Below, piece by piece: positions 34,501-48,430 of a stretch of DNA of 64,000 nucleotides. The notes beneath the pieces are model-generated. The model saw nothing but the letters and a program-made list of their open reading frames with translations, was not told where the DNA came from and did not search any database. Location of the stretch: positions 4,774,001 to 4,838,000 of the forward strand of contig JBHGNT010000021.1 of NCBI GenBank assembly GCA_043228905.1, read 5' to 3'. Source of the DNA: Azolla caroliniana (Eukaryota > Plantae > Polypodiophyta). The translations under genes and the position numbers were made by a program. Position 1 is the first letter of the stretch, and each line of letters begins with the position of its first letter.

Positions 34501-36606
34501 TATGGAATGTGATAACCATGTGCAATATCTCCCAAAGAAAGAGCAGAAGCAGATGCTGAATCTAATTGACGATAGTGATACTTTACAAAATAAAGCTTTT
34601 GTTTGTCGTGAAGATCATTTGAATTTTCAGGGTCATGATCCTGATTTCAATGAAATACTTGAGTCATCTGTAAAAAACGACATTCACAGGTAAATATAAG
34701 TCTGTTTGATGTTTAATCACTTTATCCCGGTATGAACTCTGTTAACTCCGCTGCCCTTACTTTCAGAAAGCAACGAGAGTCCGTAGAGATCAGGAAGAGT
34801 AAAGACAATGTTATAAGAGTGTTTGAAAATAGTGCTGCAGAGAATGAAAATTTGTATGAACATAAGCATATCACTTCCAGTGTGTGTACTAATGACTTAC
34901 AATCAAATCAAGGGAAGAATTACAATACTGCATTGATCACAACCCTCGATTGCAGAGTAGATAGTATGTCTGCTGATTTCATTACCGAAAATGCTCCATG
35001 CCATCTCCATGCTGCTGTAAAGGTAGGTTCTTCTAAACTTGTAGCTGAATAAGGTTTGGTGTTAGCAATCAAATAAACTTGTAGCTTAATCAAATAAACC
35101 TTTGCAGTCATAATAAGAATATGAAACTCAAATATTTACTTTTCAGCATCAATTTAGTGGAATTTGAGGTCTGCTCTTTTCCCATAAAACAAGAACAACA
35201 GTGAACAAAAACCCTGAAGCTTGTAATGGAATCTATTGCATGTAGTGGCAATGTTACTCAGACGAATCATTTATAGTTTATTTAACCTGTCATCCATTAC
35301 TATGGCCAATTTTCAGAGATGATATATACTTGATTAATTGAACTTGGACTTGAAAATTAAAGACATACTTCTGCTTAAGTATATCATAATGTATGTTAAA
35401 AGTTGCTATACTATTTCTTCTCAGGAGCCAGAAAACACTAGATTTTGTGTCAATCCTGAGATAAAGAATAATTTGTTGAATAATGAACTGCCAACAGACA
35501 AATTGACCACTGAAATAGTTCCAGAAAGACATAGAGAAAAGGAGTCTCAACTTGCAGAATCAATCACAGAATTTCTTATGGAAGAGCTCATAGAAGACGA
35601 GATATCAGGTAAAGAAGTCTCGACTTGCTGAAAATACTTGGAAATATCAATTCTTATTCTTTTTTTTCTCTTTTCAGATGTGCTGACTCACTGTAGATCC
35701 TTATCTCACTTGGGAACAAGGATAGGTGAAGATATTTCAAAACCAAGCATGGGGAACGTGGATAATATTCTCTGGAAGTCACATATTGTATCAAGTAATA
35801 ATAACTTTATAAACCTGCACGGACAATCCAAAGTTCACACTGTAAAAGTTGAGTCTGGTGTAGACCATGGTCTCAGTAAGTCATAAATTGCATCAAATAA
35901 TAATAACCTAATAAAAGGGACCATCCAAAGAGCACACATTGTAAAGGTTGAATGTGGTGTGGATATACATATTGAATAAAATTATAATGACCTCATAGAC
36001 CAAGGAAAATCTGAAGCACACTAATGGATATACATGACTCTTATGAAAGTTCAATTTTGTACCCACGTAGGGAGTGATGATACGGAGATAACGCCCTTCC
36101 GAGTTACCAGCAAAAGGATGGTAGGGAAGTTTGTAGACCTAGCCTTCCAGACATGTGGACTAAGTTCATCAAATCTGGCAGATTTCTATGCATCTGAGAA
36201 AACAATGGCCATGATTGTGGTTGAACTGATGAGCAAAGAGACTTATGATGCTGAAGACATGCTATATGGGAAATTACTTCTTGGTGCTGTTTCAGAATGC
36301 CTTTATAAGTGTTACTCGAGTTTGTATTTGCCATCCTTCTTCTTGTTTCTACGACCATTCCCAGATACATCTCACTTGAAACAGATATTGATTTCTAAAG
36401 TTAATGAACAAGCTGATGCAGCTTGTGAGGGTGGATTTAGCTTAGAGCACATGTTGGAAAGATCTCTCGATGAACAAGATTGGCGAAATCCTTACTGTGA
36501 GATAATGGAGATAGCTGAGGATGTATGTGAATTTATATTGCAAGACCTGCTGGAGAATTTTGTAGATGATATTGCACTTCCAATTGTTAACAGTGGTCAG
36601 TCATGA
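28532..36606 (+). CDS. Multi-exon gene for a large low-complexity/coiled-coil protein with C-terminal DUF4378 (TRM M4/M2-like motifs); CEP350/CAP350-like
   Basis: Approximate exons with GT/AG borders: 28532-28606, 28846-~28985, ~30256-30690, ~30777-31812, 32954-33057, 34394-~34690, ~34767-35021, ~35425-35608, ~35678-35875, ~36071-36606. C-terminus YGKLLLGAVSECL...DEQDWRNPYCEIMEIAEDVCEFILQDLLENFVDDI. Confidence 0.65.
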
Positions 36607-37906
36607 ACTTGTATGTGCTATTTTCTGCTTTGACTCTCATCAATACTGTAAAGAGAAAGGAGGCAATAACCAGAAATCAAAGTTCGCATCCGAAAGGACC
36701 ACCTCCCCTTCTGTAATCTGATTGCATTTTTCTACTCAAAACTACTATTATGTTAACTCATATTGTGCTTCTTGAAAGTTTGAGCTCTTAGACAATCATG
36801 TTGTACGTGTTTATTCTATGTGGTGTTCAAGGTGGACTCTCATTCCCTCGCTCAAAGTTGCTTGCTAAAGGGAATAAACAAAGTTGTAATAAAGGGATCT
36901 TGAATGTCTTTGAAAATATGCTAGCAAAAAAGTTCAATTATGGTAGATTCTCTCTTGTTCAAACGTTTTTACCATGTAAGACAACTTGATCATTGCAAAT
37001 ACAGGAAACCCTCTTACTATATATGATTTGCTACATAGTTGGTTGTAATGGTATTATCTAATGAGGAGAAAGTCTAATTAAAACCAATACTTGTTTGTTC
37101 TTAAATAGACATATCATAACATTAATCATTATGTTGATAAGAAGTTTTGAAATTGATCAGTTAAGCAATTGGGCATAACATTATTCTATAATGATAGTGA
37201 AAATAAAGTGATATTGTTGTGATTGTAAGGTAGGTTTATCAAAGGAACATTGAAATTGTATTTCTATCTAGTTTATATTAATCCTCATGATTTAAAGATA
37301 GTTTTCTTAAAGGAACTAAGCACAATAAATGCATATTACTTATATAGAATTAGGGTTTTATACAAACTTAGGAGTATAAAGAGAACTTTTGCATATATAC
37401 AACTAAAACTATGTTCAATGCCCTAGATAAGCTCTCATTAATTACCCTTATTTCCCAATGAGTTCAACATAATGGAAAACTACAAAGTTTGGGCCACAAC
37501 CAAACACTAGATATCGTTAGATGAGCTACCCTACGAGTTTGACATGGACCAAACATGGTATGTCCAAGATGACTTTATACTTATCTCATGGAACATTATT
37601 AGATGAGATACCATTAATTAGCCATAGTTTCTAATGAGTTCGACGTAACCAGAAACTACAAAGTTCAAGCCATAACCAAGCCCCAAACATGATGAGATGA
37701 GCTACCCCTTAGCCATAGCTGCCAGCAACTTTGACATTGACCAATTACCCAATACAGCAAGTTCGACCCAACACGAGACATAATAAGTTCCACTCAATCC
37801 GCCGATCGTGGGTCAAACATTTGTGACATGGGATTCCTTAACTTGGATCAAATTGATGTGATCAATTTTGTGTGTTTCTAGTGCTAAGAAAAGAGAGCTC
37901 AAATCC

Positions 37907-40900
37907 ATGGAGAATGATGAGGAAGAAGGAGATGGAGATAGAAACAGAGGCAGAGGCACAGACAGGATCAGAGGTCGAGAGAAGGACAGGGCAATTAGCA
38001 TCGTCATCAGCAACCAGAGGCAGAATTATGGTTTACCACTCCTCTCTTCAGGAGCTCTTCGTCAACCTTCCATCATCATCAAGGGTCATCCAGAAAATAT
38101 CATCATGGGCAGATCAGGTCATTCAAAGAGAAATTTCCTCTTCAGAGGAGGAGGAAGAGGTATTGCCATGTCATCGCTGAAGCTTGCTGCCGTGTTAGTC
38201 ACTCGTGTCTTCTTCACAAAAGCATGGCCTTTTCTTCAAGCTGCCAGTTTGTCAAGTTTCTTCATCAGGAAACAGGTATCAACGGTAAGTTTCAGTCACA
38301 TACACATATGCATACATATTGGATGTGAGTGTGAGTATATATATGTAGGTATTTATACACACACTCACACAAATATACATGCATACATATTTATAGACAT
38401 TATAAACAAATTTAGGTGTTTTGGGCAGTATCAATATCTTTCAACAAGGTTCATTATCAGCAACGTATGCCCAACTCTTATCAGAATTATCGGCTTTCAC
38501 TCAGGCAATCTTTATAATCTTGCGATGTCATAAAAGTATACAGAGGAGCACATATATCCCCTATTATTTGGAGATAGATGTAGAGACATGCTTGTTTTGT
38601 CATCATAAAAAATTTCACCTCACATTGAAGTTTCCCACCAGTTTGTGTATGTATGTAAATGCCTTCTTTTGGCTTGTTATTGTTCATTTAGTGCATATGA
38701 ATAAGTATTCATTGGACTTTAATGATTGCTTAGGGCACATATAAAAGTTTAACATCATGTATGTAAGTCACCATTGGACTTGTTGTTTTGTAGTTAATGC
38801 GTATAGATAATGCCCATCTTTCATGAAGGTCTCTTATCATGTATGCATTCGAGGAGCCACAATTGAGAATGCACACTTGTACTTTTCACTTCCATGCAGG
38901 AATCATCCATTTCAGCATTCATAGGTTAGTCTCCACCACTATCCGTGGTTAGCATGAAATTGGATTCTATGTCCAATTCTTTTGTTTTGCATTCTTGCTT
39001 TAAAGCTACCGGCTTGTATTGTGAAATTTTATAGTGCAGCTTTTCACTAGCACAATTCTGTGGATTAGAACTTGTCATTGCAAAGTTGAGAAACATCTTT
39101 TACCAAATCTGTATGACATCCTTTCACAGCCTTTTGGAAGTTGCATCAATGAACGATCAGGGTTGCAAATGCATAAATCCACCACGTTATCAAAACCACA
39201 TGATTAGCATGAATTACGATTCCATTTCCAATTCTTTTATTTTGCATTATTGCTTTTAAAGCTACTTGCTAGTTTAGTGGAACTTTTGAGGGCAGCATTG
39301 TGTTAGCACAACTTTGTAATATGTGAAGGTTTCTGTTTGTGATTTCAATCGTTGCTCAAGTGCTTATAAAGCCTGAAAATATTGTAATATAGAAATTTCA
39401 AGAAGAAAACAAAATTAAAAGGCATGTTCGATAAGTGATACAAGCAATATTCAGTTGTGTAGCAGGTTGGAAGCAAGTTAATTATTGATGGAACTTTCCA
39501 ATTTATGTGACTAAGGAGCAATTTTGACCTTTTAAAGGTTTTTGAAGCAGCAAACGTTTTTATGGAACCCTTGCATTGGCTATCTGGTTGCGTATTATGG
39601 ACAAGCATATCTCAGTATATCTTGCAGTGGTGCTGGCCAGATGCATATAGAACCCTCCAATTTTGGCAGAGATTGATACCAATATACTTGGGGTGGGTTT
39701 ATCTCGTAGTGCAGTACCGTAAATGGAGTTTATGTAGCAAATGCCGTTGTATGCACTTTTATCCTATCAAAGTTTTTGCATGCCAATTGAAGGAAGTTGT
39801 GGAATCAACGTTTTCTTATGTCGCAGGTATATGAGTACAAAGTGGCAGGTGAGAAATAAATGTTTGGAGGCAAGAGAGAAGGCATGGGCTTCGAGGCATG
39901 AATGGGGTGGTAGAAAAGTGTATCAGTTAATTCTAGACATGAGTGGCTTTTATGTGAAGTCTGCACAGATTCTAGCTTCAAAAGCTGTAAGTATGGTTGT
40001 TTGTTTCTTTTTTTCAGATCATTTGTTAGTTTTCAAAATGTTTTGTTTGATGATGAAATGTTGATATAAATTAGTTGATTGGTTCTCTGTATAAGCTTCT
40101 TGAACCTGGTTATTTTGGATGCATTCACTTAGTCAAGTGGATAAATATGTTAATTTTTATTTGTTTGGTTGTCTTTACATCGAACAACACAATCAGATAA
40201 GCACATCGAAGATGTAAACACATAAATTAGAAGCTTTCCTATGTCAAACTAGAGCCATAGGAATACAGAGCTCAGGCTCACCATGTATGTATGAACACGC
40301 TTCAATTTGAGCAAATGTAGAGGAAACTCATCAATCTATTTCTGCACCCACAAGTGTGTATGGTAGTTATGTGAAGTTAATGGCTCCAGCGCCTATAGAC
40401 TCAGAAAATATGGATACAACATAGGCTTCACCTGGGAACACCCTTGCTCAACCGTAGTCCGTCTTTCCACCCAGAACTTGCATGCCAGAATACAATTTTC
40501 TTGACTTGTAAGGTTATTGGCAGCCACACAATATTGGAATACTGGAGATTTGGCTGAGATATATAATGGACAACTCATGAGACATGGATATTTAATGTAT
40601 ACCACCTGAGATGGACACCCATTCTTTAGCTGTTAACCTCATAGTTCTACAGGCTACAAAAACTACTTCTGTGCCTGGCATCATAGCGTCCACATCACAA
40701 AAGAATCAAAGGAATATGATAATTCTGTTTGTTTTCCGGGGCTATTGAGGACTATGATTAATTTTCTTTTTTGGGGACTCAGTAGACTACAGTCTATGGT
40801 AGCAAAAGAATCTGGTATTTCATCAATCTGTGTCATAGTGGTAGATCATGACGGTCTCCAGATGCAACAGCCAACTGTGGAGGCATCATATATATCACAG

Positions 40901-43900
40901 TTGTAGCCTTCAGTATGCTGACAGGCTAGAACTGGCATTCATCTGTCATGATTGGAGCAGCTGCTTATAAAGTTGCAACCGAGGGAGAACGTCTATACAG
41001 CAGACATTTGTTGACCATGTAATTCATACTCTGACGCATGTAATGCTGTTGAAAGGCCTAGGCCCATGATCTGACATGATACTTAAGTAATAAGACTGCT
41101 AAATTGAAAAATCATTCACATACACATTTTATGATGGTAAAGTGTCTTGTACTTAATGATTACCTTTGTATGAGGTTAATCACGTGTCTCATCCTATTAT
41201 TAGAAATACAGAGTCTAGTGATAATGGTCAATTTGTTGAGAATTCAGAGTACTTTTACCCTGCATGCATGTAAAAGCACTGAGGAGAGTTTGGAGCTGGC
41301 TTTTAAGGTTACATTTGTGTGTTGACCTAGAATATGATACTGAAAACCGTGTTTTCTCCATTGATGTTGTTATAGTAACAATATTGAAAATTTAAATAAA
41401 CTGGTGAGATTGATTGTGACGAATGGATAGTCTATAATATTAAGAGTTAGCTTGCAGGAATTTGTTCCTGAGGCATGGACAAAACACCTTTCAAATCTTC
41501 TTGACAAAGCACCTCCACGACCATTTAATGAAGTTGAAAGGACCATACGAAAAGAGTTGGGAAAGACTTCCTGGGGTGCATCTTCATTTTGCCTCAATGG
41601 GTTAGTGCCTTTGGATTCTGTATTCTTGGAACTGGAAAAGGTGCCACTTGCAGCAGCTTCTATTGCGCAGGTAATGAGACACATAGATATTGGGCACATC
41701 ATACTTTGCGGCTTCAATTATTCTGAAGTTAATTTACTTGATGTTCAAGTTAACATGCCGTTATTATTCTGGAACATCCTTAAAATGATTAAGCATGCTC
41801 AGATATAATCTCTTCATACCTCACTCTCAGATATGGGGTTTGATATTGAACCTCTGTGCTTTGCAGGTGCATGGAGCTACTCTTCGAGATGGCATGAAAG
41901 TAGCTGTTAAAGTACAGCATCAGGGAATGGAAAATCTGATGCGATCAGACTTACGTAATATTGTTTGGGTACTCACGCTTCACCTTGTTGGCTGTAAACT
42001 CATCATGCTGAATGTGTACATCTACATGTTTTTGTTTATATAATATTGTTATTTCCTATGGTTCAACTTTATATAAGAGCAAATTGTTTAACTATTGTCA
42101 GTCACGAATATGTTAGTCGCATCGTTCCTTCTTTAGCTAGCCAGACTCAGCAGTCTTTGGATTCTATATATAGGTGCATCTCAGGATGTTTTGCTTTCCC
42201 TATGTCTGACAGTTAAAGGGATGGATATTAGGCTGGCAGCCATATGATCCGTCTACAGTTTGGCTTCTATATGTATGTGATCTAAGGATGTCTGTTTTCC
42301 TTCTGGCCAATGGTTAACAACTAATCGTTTTGCCCTCACAACTCATATCTACCTACAACACTGCTGTGGGCATACAATAACAACTAATATGTATATTGAT
42401 GTAGTTTCTCCCTTGAAGTGGATATTTCACTCGCAATAAGAGCTTAGAGGAATATCATGCTGAAAAACAATTATAGATCTAAGAACTGTGTCTGATTATT
42501 TATCTACTCTATGGAGTAGAGTGAGGGTGGAGATAGTTAAAATCACTGTCAACATCAGGATCAAGGTAAGGAATCAATCTCAGCATCTCAAGCACCTCCA
42601 TAGGTAGCTTTGTTGCCACTTGCTCCACTCCATTGTATCCCAACATGCTATCTAGACTGAAGTTTCCAATTCATAAATTGAAAGATGCAAATTGTTTTAT
42701 AAGAAGACTCCCTTCCACGAATGGAGTGCTCAACATAATCACAAGATTGTCTGTTTTACATCACAATGGCCTGTTTAATATGGGCCATTTTTGTGCTGGT
42801 TCATTGTGCTGGACATCAAGGGATGTATTACAATTTCCAAATCAAGATGCAATCAGAGACATTATGGCAGAGAGCAGTATTGTTTGGCCATTATATGAAT
42901 TCTTATTTTTATTATTTTAGTGAGATATTTGAAGTTGCAAAGGACGTTTTTCAATAATGATGTCAAGCAATAGGTTAGTTTTATCTTCTCTAATATTTCT
43001 TGAATGAGATGACAGAAAGGATTCTCGATGGTTAGATATGAGCAGTAGGTTAATTTTCTCGTGAACTGAGATTAACCATGGCTAGAGTTAGTTTTTGATC
43101 ATGCCCCGTGGAACAAAAACCAGAAACCCCCTTAGACTGGCATTTTAGTTGTTTTTTACTCTCAAGCACAATCTTAGTGTATAGCAGCTTGTTAATCTTC
43201 AAAATAGGAAATTGGTAAATTCACAGTTTTTTCCATATTTTTACAGTTTTTTGGGGGGGATGGAATCTGGCTATCATTTGTAGTGCAAATAATCATATTT
43301 CTGAACTCAAAAAAAAACTGTGAATTTACCAATTTCCTAAAAATAAAATAAAATAATGTATTCATGATATATATTTCAAGATGTATAAAAAAATCTATGA
43401 AAATATTTTCTTGTTCTTGTCTGATTTTAAGTCTTTTTACTTGAATGGTCTTCAATTAAATTTACCATGATAGGAACGTTTGTTTTCTGATTTGATTTAG
43501 CGTTGTGCTCTATGTTGAATAAATGGATTACACATAGCAGGACTTTTTTTTTATTGAATGCTCTTTTACTTGTTGGTGGCATGCAGTTGGCAAAGTTTTT
43601 ACAAGGTCAACTTCCTGTAGATATTTTTTCTGTAAGTTATACCTCATACTGACATGATAAAATGTTGAACTTACAATATTATATGACTTCCAAATGGTTT
43701 CCGTTCTAATACAGATTGTCAAAGAAATACAGAGTACTATTCCCTTGGAATTTGATTTCCAACGAGAAGTATGGTTTATGGTAAGATAGAATATTTTTTG
43801 GGATTTGGAGAAGTAAAAGTGCTCCATTTTGTTTGCATTAATCAGAACCTAAAGGAACATCCAATATTAATAATGGAGAAATTGCAGGCTTCTTTCCTTG

Positions 43901-46061
43901 GACATGTATTCAACCAAGGACCTTACGGTTTATTAGTAGAAAAAGTCTCAAATCAATTAAATGAGTGGAGAATTTACACCTTTTGTTCATTGAAGGAGTA
44001 TCTAGTATTATCTAATGGAGAATGGAGGTTCTGAACTCTGAAACATTTCTCATTCAATATGTTTGAATTATGACCAATACAAAAACAATCTTCCTCATTC
44101 CTAGGATTCCTTCACTCCTAGTATATGTTCATGGTACCTATTATCCTCAATTATTGTCACATTTGAAATTGTCGATTAAATTTCTTAAAAGGCATATATT
44201 GCCGCACATCTGAATTAATCTTTCATTTAAGAATTATTTGAAGACATTAAAACCTCGATGCAATGTGCATACATTACACCTGTGTAAGAACACACCCATG
44301 TTTGTAATAGTGAATACAATACACGCGTGATAACACATACACAAACATACAATTGTATGTTCCCCCTTCCCCAAAAAACCAAAAATAAGTAAATCTCTGG
44401 GTGTAAACAAGGTGGAGAGAGTTTATAGCAAATAAGAGGCTGCCATGTGATCTACCAAGTATATGGCGAGTTGATTGCCCCTGACTTCTATTATTATATG
44501 GATAGGATAAAATAAGACATAGTTTGGAGTCCAAAGGTTTCAAGCACATAATCTGCCCTTCACCATGCACAGATTTCTGTACGAAGCAACTTATTGTGAT
44601 GCAGGTAATATCTACTTCATCTTTTGTTAATCTCATTTGTATCAAAATTGTGTTTAATAGTTTGGATATATGATAACATTTTTCAGAGGATCAATGGAAT
44701 TCCATTTTCTGAGATTTTGAAAACAAGGATCGAGGATAGGTAACCTTCAAGGTTCATAATGAGTTGTGCAAAATCATTTGGCTAGCTCTCGTTTTCTAAA
44801 ATAATCTACCTACATGTAACAATATTCAGGATGTCTGAGGCTGTACAGGCCGTATCTCATTTGTTGGAAGCTTATGGTCAGGTATGTGTATTCTGTATGT
44901 CCTTTTATTAATAGGAGGTAATCAAGAGAAACACAACATGTCCAATACGTTTTGCTACTATCACAAAATGTAAATAAATAAACAAACATCATATGCTTAA
45001 AGAAACACAGAAATTACCCATCAGCCCAAATACTCTTGAATGCTCTCTTTGAGACAATCAATCAGCCCATCAATTCTTGAATTTATCTGTGAGGATATTT
45101 CAATCTCCATGAGATATTGTTTAGACCTTTGAATTGGATTATGCGTGTATTGTCATACATCGTCGTGTGTGGGGAGTGTGAAGTATCATTTGAGTTTCAC
45201 ATGATCTATGTTGATGCAGATGATCCTTGTAGATGGAATATTCCATGCTGACCCACATGCAGGAAATATTTTCTTGTTACCTAATGGACAGTTGGGGCTC
45301 CTTGATTATGGACAGGTCTAGTTATTTTCAGGGCAAAACACCATGATACCTGACTTTGTGGAATACCCCCTAAGTTTCAAAAAATGAGCAGAACACTCCT
45401 GTGCAGTACACAGATTACTACTACATTGGGATATTCTGGTCGTTTTTGGAAAACTTTTGGGATGTGCTTGTAACTAGCGCAATAAACAAGGGGTATTTTG
45501 GTGTTTTTTTTCTGTATTATTATTTTGAAAACCTCTAGCCTTCTTTTGAACACCGGTATCAAAATCACTAAAAGTATATTATTTTCCTTTGCCAGAGTAA
45601 ACAAATTGAGAAATCTTTACGACAAAAGCTTTCTCGAATGATCCTAGCATTATATGATAGAGATGAACTCTCTATTGCTCTTGCATTGTTGGATGTTGGC
45701 ATCATTTTCGATCACACTAAAGCAGCCTCAGTGCCTCTAAGTACTGTTGCAACTGCAGCCTACATTCTATTTGATGTATGCTTTGTGAAAGAGGCAACTG
45801 TTTCTCCCATGTCACAAAACTCTATTCTCAAAGAAATACCATTAAAGCAGTTAAATCAATCATTATGGATGGTGAGTTCATATTTCAGTATTTTTTTCTT
45901 AGTTCATATATATCAATATATATTGTGGTTTATGACAGATTTGTTTTTAGGTTATACGGACGATTTTATTGCTACGCGGCCTTTGCTACTCTTTGAATGT
46001 AAATATCTCAGCTGCATCAATTTGGCGACCATATGCCATGGCTGCAATCGAGGAAGGATAG
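37907..46061 (+). CDS. ABC1K/UbiB/AarF-family atypical protein kinase (multi-exon)
   Basis: Exonic motifs in order: GFYVKSAQILAS (~39945), PLAAASIAQ|VH (~41645), VAVKVQH (~41900), PLEFDFQRE (~43742), ICPSP..CTKQLIVMQ (~44550), LLEAYGQ (~44870), GIFHADPHAGN..LLDYGQ (45235-45315), VIRTILLLRGLC...WRPYA; stop TAG 46059-46061. Confidence 0.9.
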
Positions 46062-46514
46062 GCTTCTTATTAGCTGGTCATTGTATCAATATTCGCCGAT
46101 TTTTTGTGAGCAGATGAACCTTATGCGTACATTTTCCTTTTGCTTATAAAATGGAGAAATTTATTTGAAAACTTGTGCATGCCCATAATCCTTTGAGGAA
46201 CTAGTGCATAAACCAACATGCTCGAAAGCCGATTTATAGTCTATTGATGATTCTTCTCGAATACCAAGGCAAAATGTGAAAGTGTGTTTGGACATAATCA
46301 TCACGCACACTTAGATATCATGAATTACAATATTGAAAATTTGATGTAGCAATATCTAGGTGTATTATGACTCTGCCTGATTATCTAGATAGCTGATACC
46401 CTATTCTTCACACATGTCTATACATAGTGCATTATACGCTTTTAATTTGCCTTACAAAAGAGCCCAATGTTCTAATGTTAAGAACCTTTTCTGTGCCATC
46501 TTAAGTAACAATTG

Positions 46515-46700
46515 ATAATGGTTCAGTTCGGTTTGGGACTGTCAAACTCAAACCGTTTAAAACCAAACTGAATTAAACCACGAAACCGTTCAAACCGGAT
46601 CGTTACAAAAAATCAAGCTCAAACCAAACGGTTTTAGAGACTTTCAAACCTTTAAATCGTTAAAACCATGGTTTTGCAGTTTAGTTTTGGTGTTCAAGTT
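46515..46700. mobile_element. Degenerate hAT-like element end (AAACCG/CGGTTT subterminal repeats)
   Basis: Same AACCG-type motif cluster as 27714-28247; partner end not found. Confidence 0.4.
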
Positions 46701-47494
46701 AGGTCAAATTTAAAGATTTTTCTTAAAGTATCAAAATTAGACTTAAAATATTTTAAAAAATTATAGAGTGTCAATACTAAACCTTGATGCAATTAAAGAT
46801 TCCAACTTGTTGCAAATCTTATGTTGTGGAAGTATATTTTCTATCCCTCTGTATTATCTTTCAAGTGCACTTTATGCAAGTCCCATTTGATGTTATTATG
46901 CAATAATCTTTCATCTCAAACAAGCAAGCACTTGGTTCTTTAAGTGTGTGCAACCTATTGATCAAGCCTCTACTTATAGAAGCATAGGAATGACCTCCAG
47001 AAGATAAATTATGTCTATGTGTATTGAATAAAGACAACACAAAATCATAAATTATGTCTATGTGCTTTATGTTATTGCGGTATAGAACAAAATGGTCCAA
47101 AGACAATTGGTTATTGAAAGACATGCTCATTAATAGAGTTGTAATAAAGGGAATTGTAAATACTCTAACATGAACAAGAGTATATGTTTACGTTATATGC
47201 GACACAAAACATGTGTTCGTATAAAGAGATGCAATATTTTTGCAATTTAATTTTATTGTCGCAACCAACTAAATTTTAAACAAGATTACTCTCTTCTTTG
47301 CATTAAATTAGAGCAGTTAATCAACTTATTGCTCTAAAATATACTTGAACTAGTAAGAAATGTCTATCTCCATTTAAGATTTATTGTATTTTTATTTCTT
47401 GTAGCATTGGCAAGTTACAAATGTTAGTTTGTAGAAGCCATTTGTAAAGTTTTTTTTTTCCAAAATGAAGCTACTTTCCCATTAGTTAGGAAGG

Positions 47495-48430
47495 ATTATT
47501 ACAAAGGGACTGTACAAGGAGGCTTATACACAAATCGGGGAATCTCCATCCGATCAAGTTCAAGAAAATGAGACTACTTGCATAGCCTTTCAGATTGACT
47601 ACTTAAGGTATGTAGATACCTATAGCTAAAAATGGCGCCCTTCAGTGTTGGCTAGTACGAGCCAACTCCTGGGGCCTACGACGAAAGGAGGATGGCAGGT
47701 TAGCGGAAACAACCAACGTGGGGGCTGGTAGTTCCACCTCGGGCCACTTCCTCCTTGTGTCACCATATGTGTGTTCCGCCATTTCTGCCAAAAGCGCAAA
47801 TGGGTAGTGACCACATCATTGGAATGGCTGCAAACCTCGTCCAATTGCCCTCGTAGGTAGCTGATAACCGCAAACCATATGTCCATGACCACTTCCTTCG
47901 GGGGTCGTACCAGATCTTGGAAGAACTTTAGGCAACACGCTTTCCATACATACCACAGGGTGAAGCCTACGATCAGAATCCAAATTTCCAGGAACCTAGG
48001 GGATGCAAATTGCAAGCCTCTCTCAAAACAGATCTTGACGATTTTGCCTCTCATGCATACGTCGCACCAACTATTCGCATTGAAGGCGTCTATCCACCTA
48101 TCAACGGAGTGATCAATCATGTCGCAGCACTCCACGATGTTGTTCCTTTCGCTTCACATGCCGCAAAGAGGCGAGCGAGTCACTCTATCCCATACCTTTT
48201 GAGCTTGAGGGCAATCCCACAGACAATGTCTTAGAGTCTCAATAGGTGAAGGGCAAAGTGGGCAACCTAACGGGCCGCCACGTTTCCCTAGTCATTCGCC
48301 AACGGGAACCACATTATGACCGATATGTCACCAAAAGAGTTTGCTCTTTTCAGGCATGTAGAAACGCCAGAGACCCTTCCAAAAGGTAATGAACACCTCA
48401 TCAGGGATGCCCAATGTTCGCCAAGCAATT
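47495..48430 (-). pseudogene. L1-type LINE ORF2 3' fragment (zf-RVT region and W-rich C-terminus)
   Basis: Minus strand reads WKGLWRFYMPEKSKLFW, then C..CPSP.ETLRHC.W.C, then WILIVGFTLWYVWKACC; frameshifted. Confidence 0.7.
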
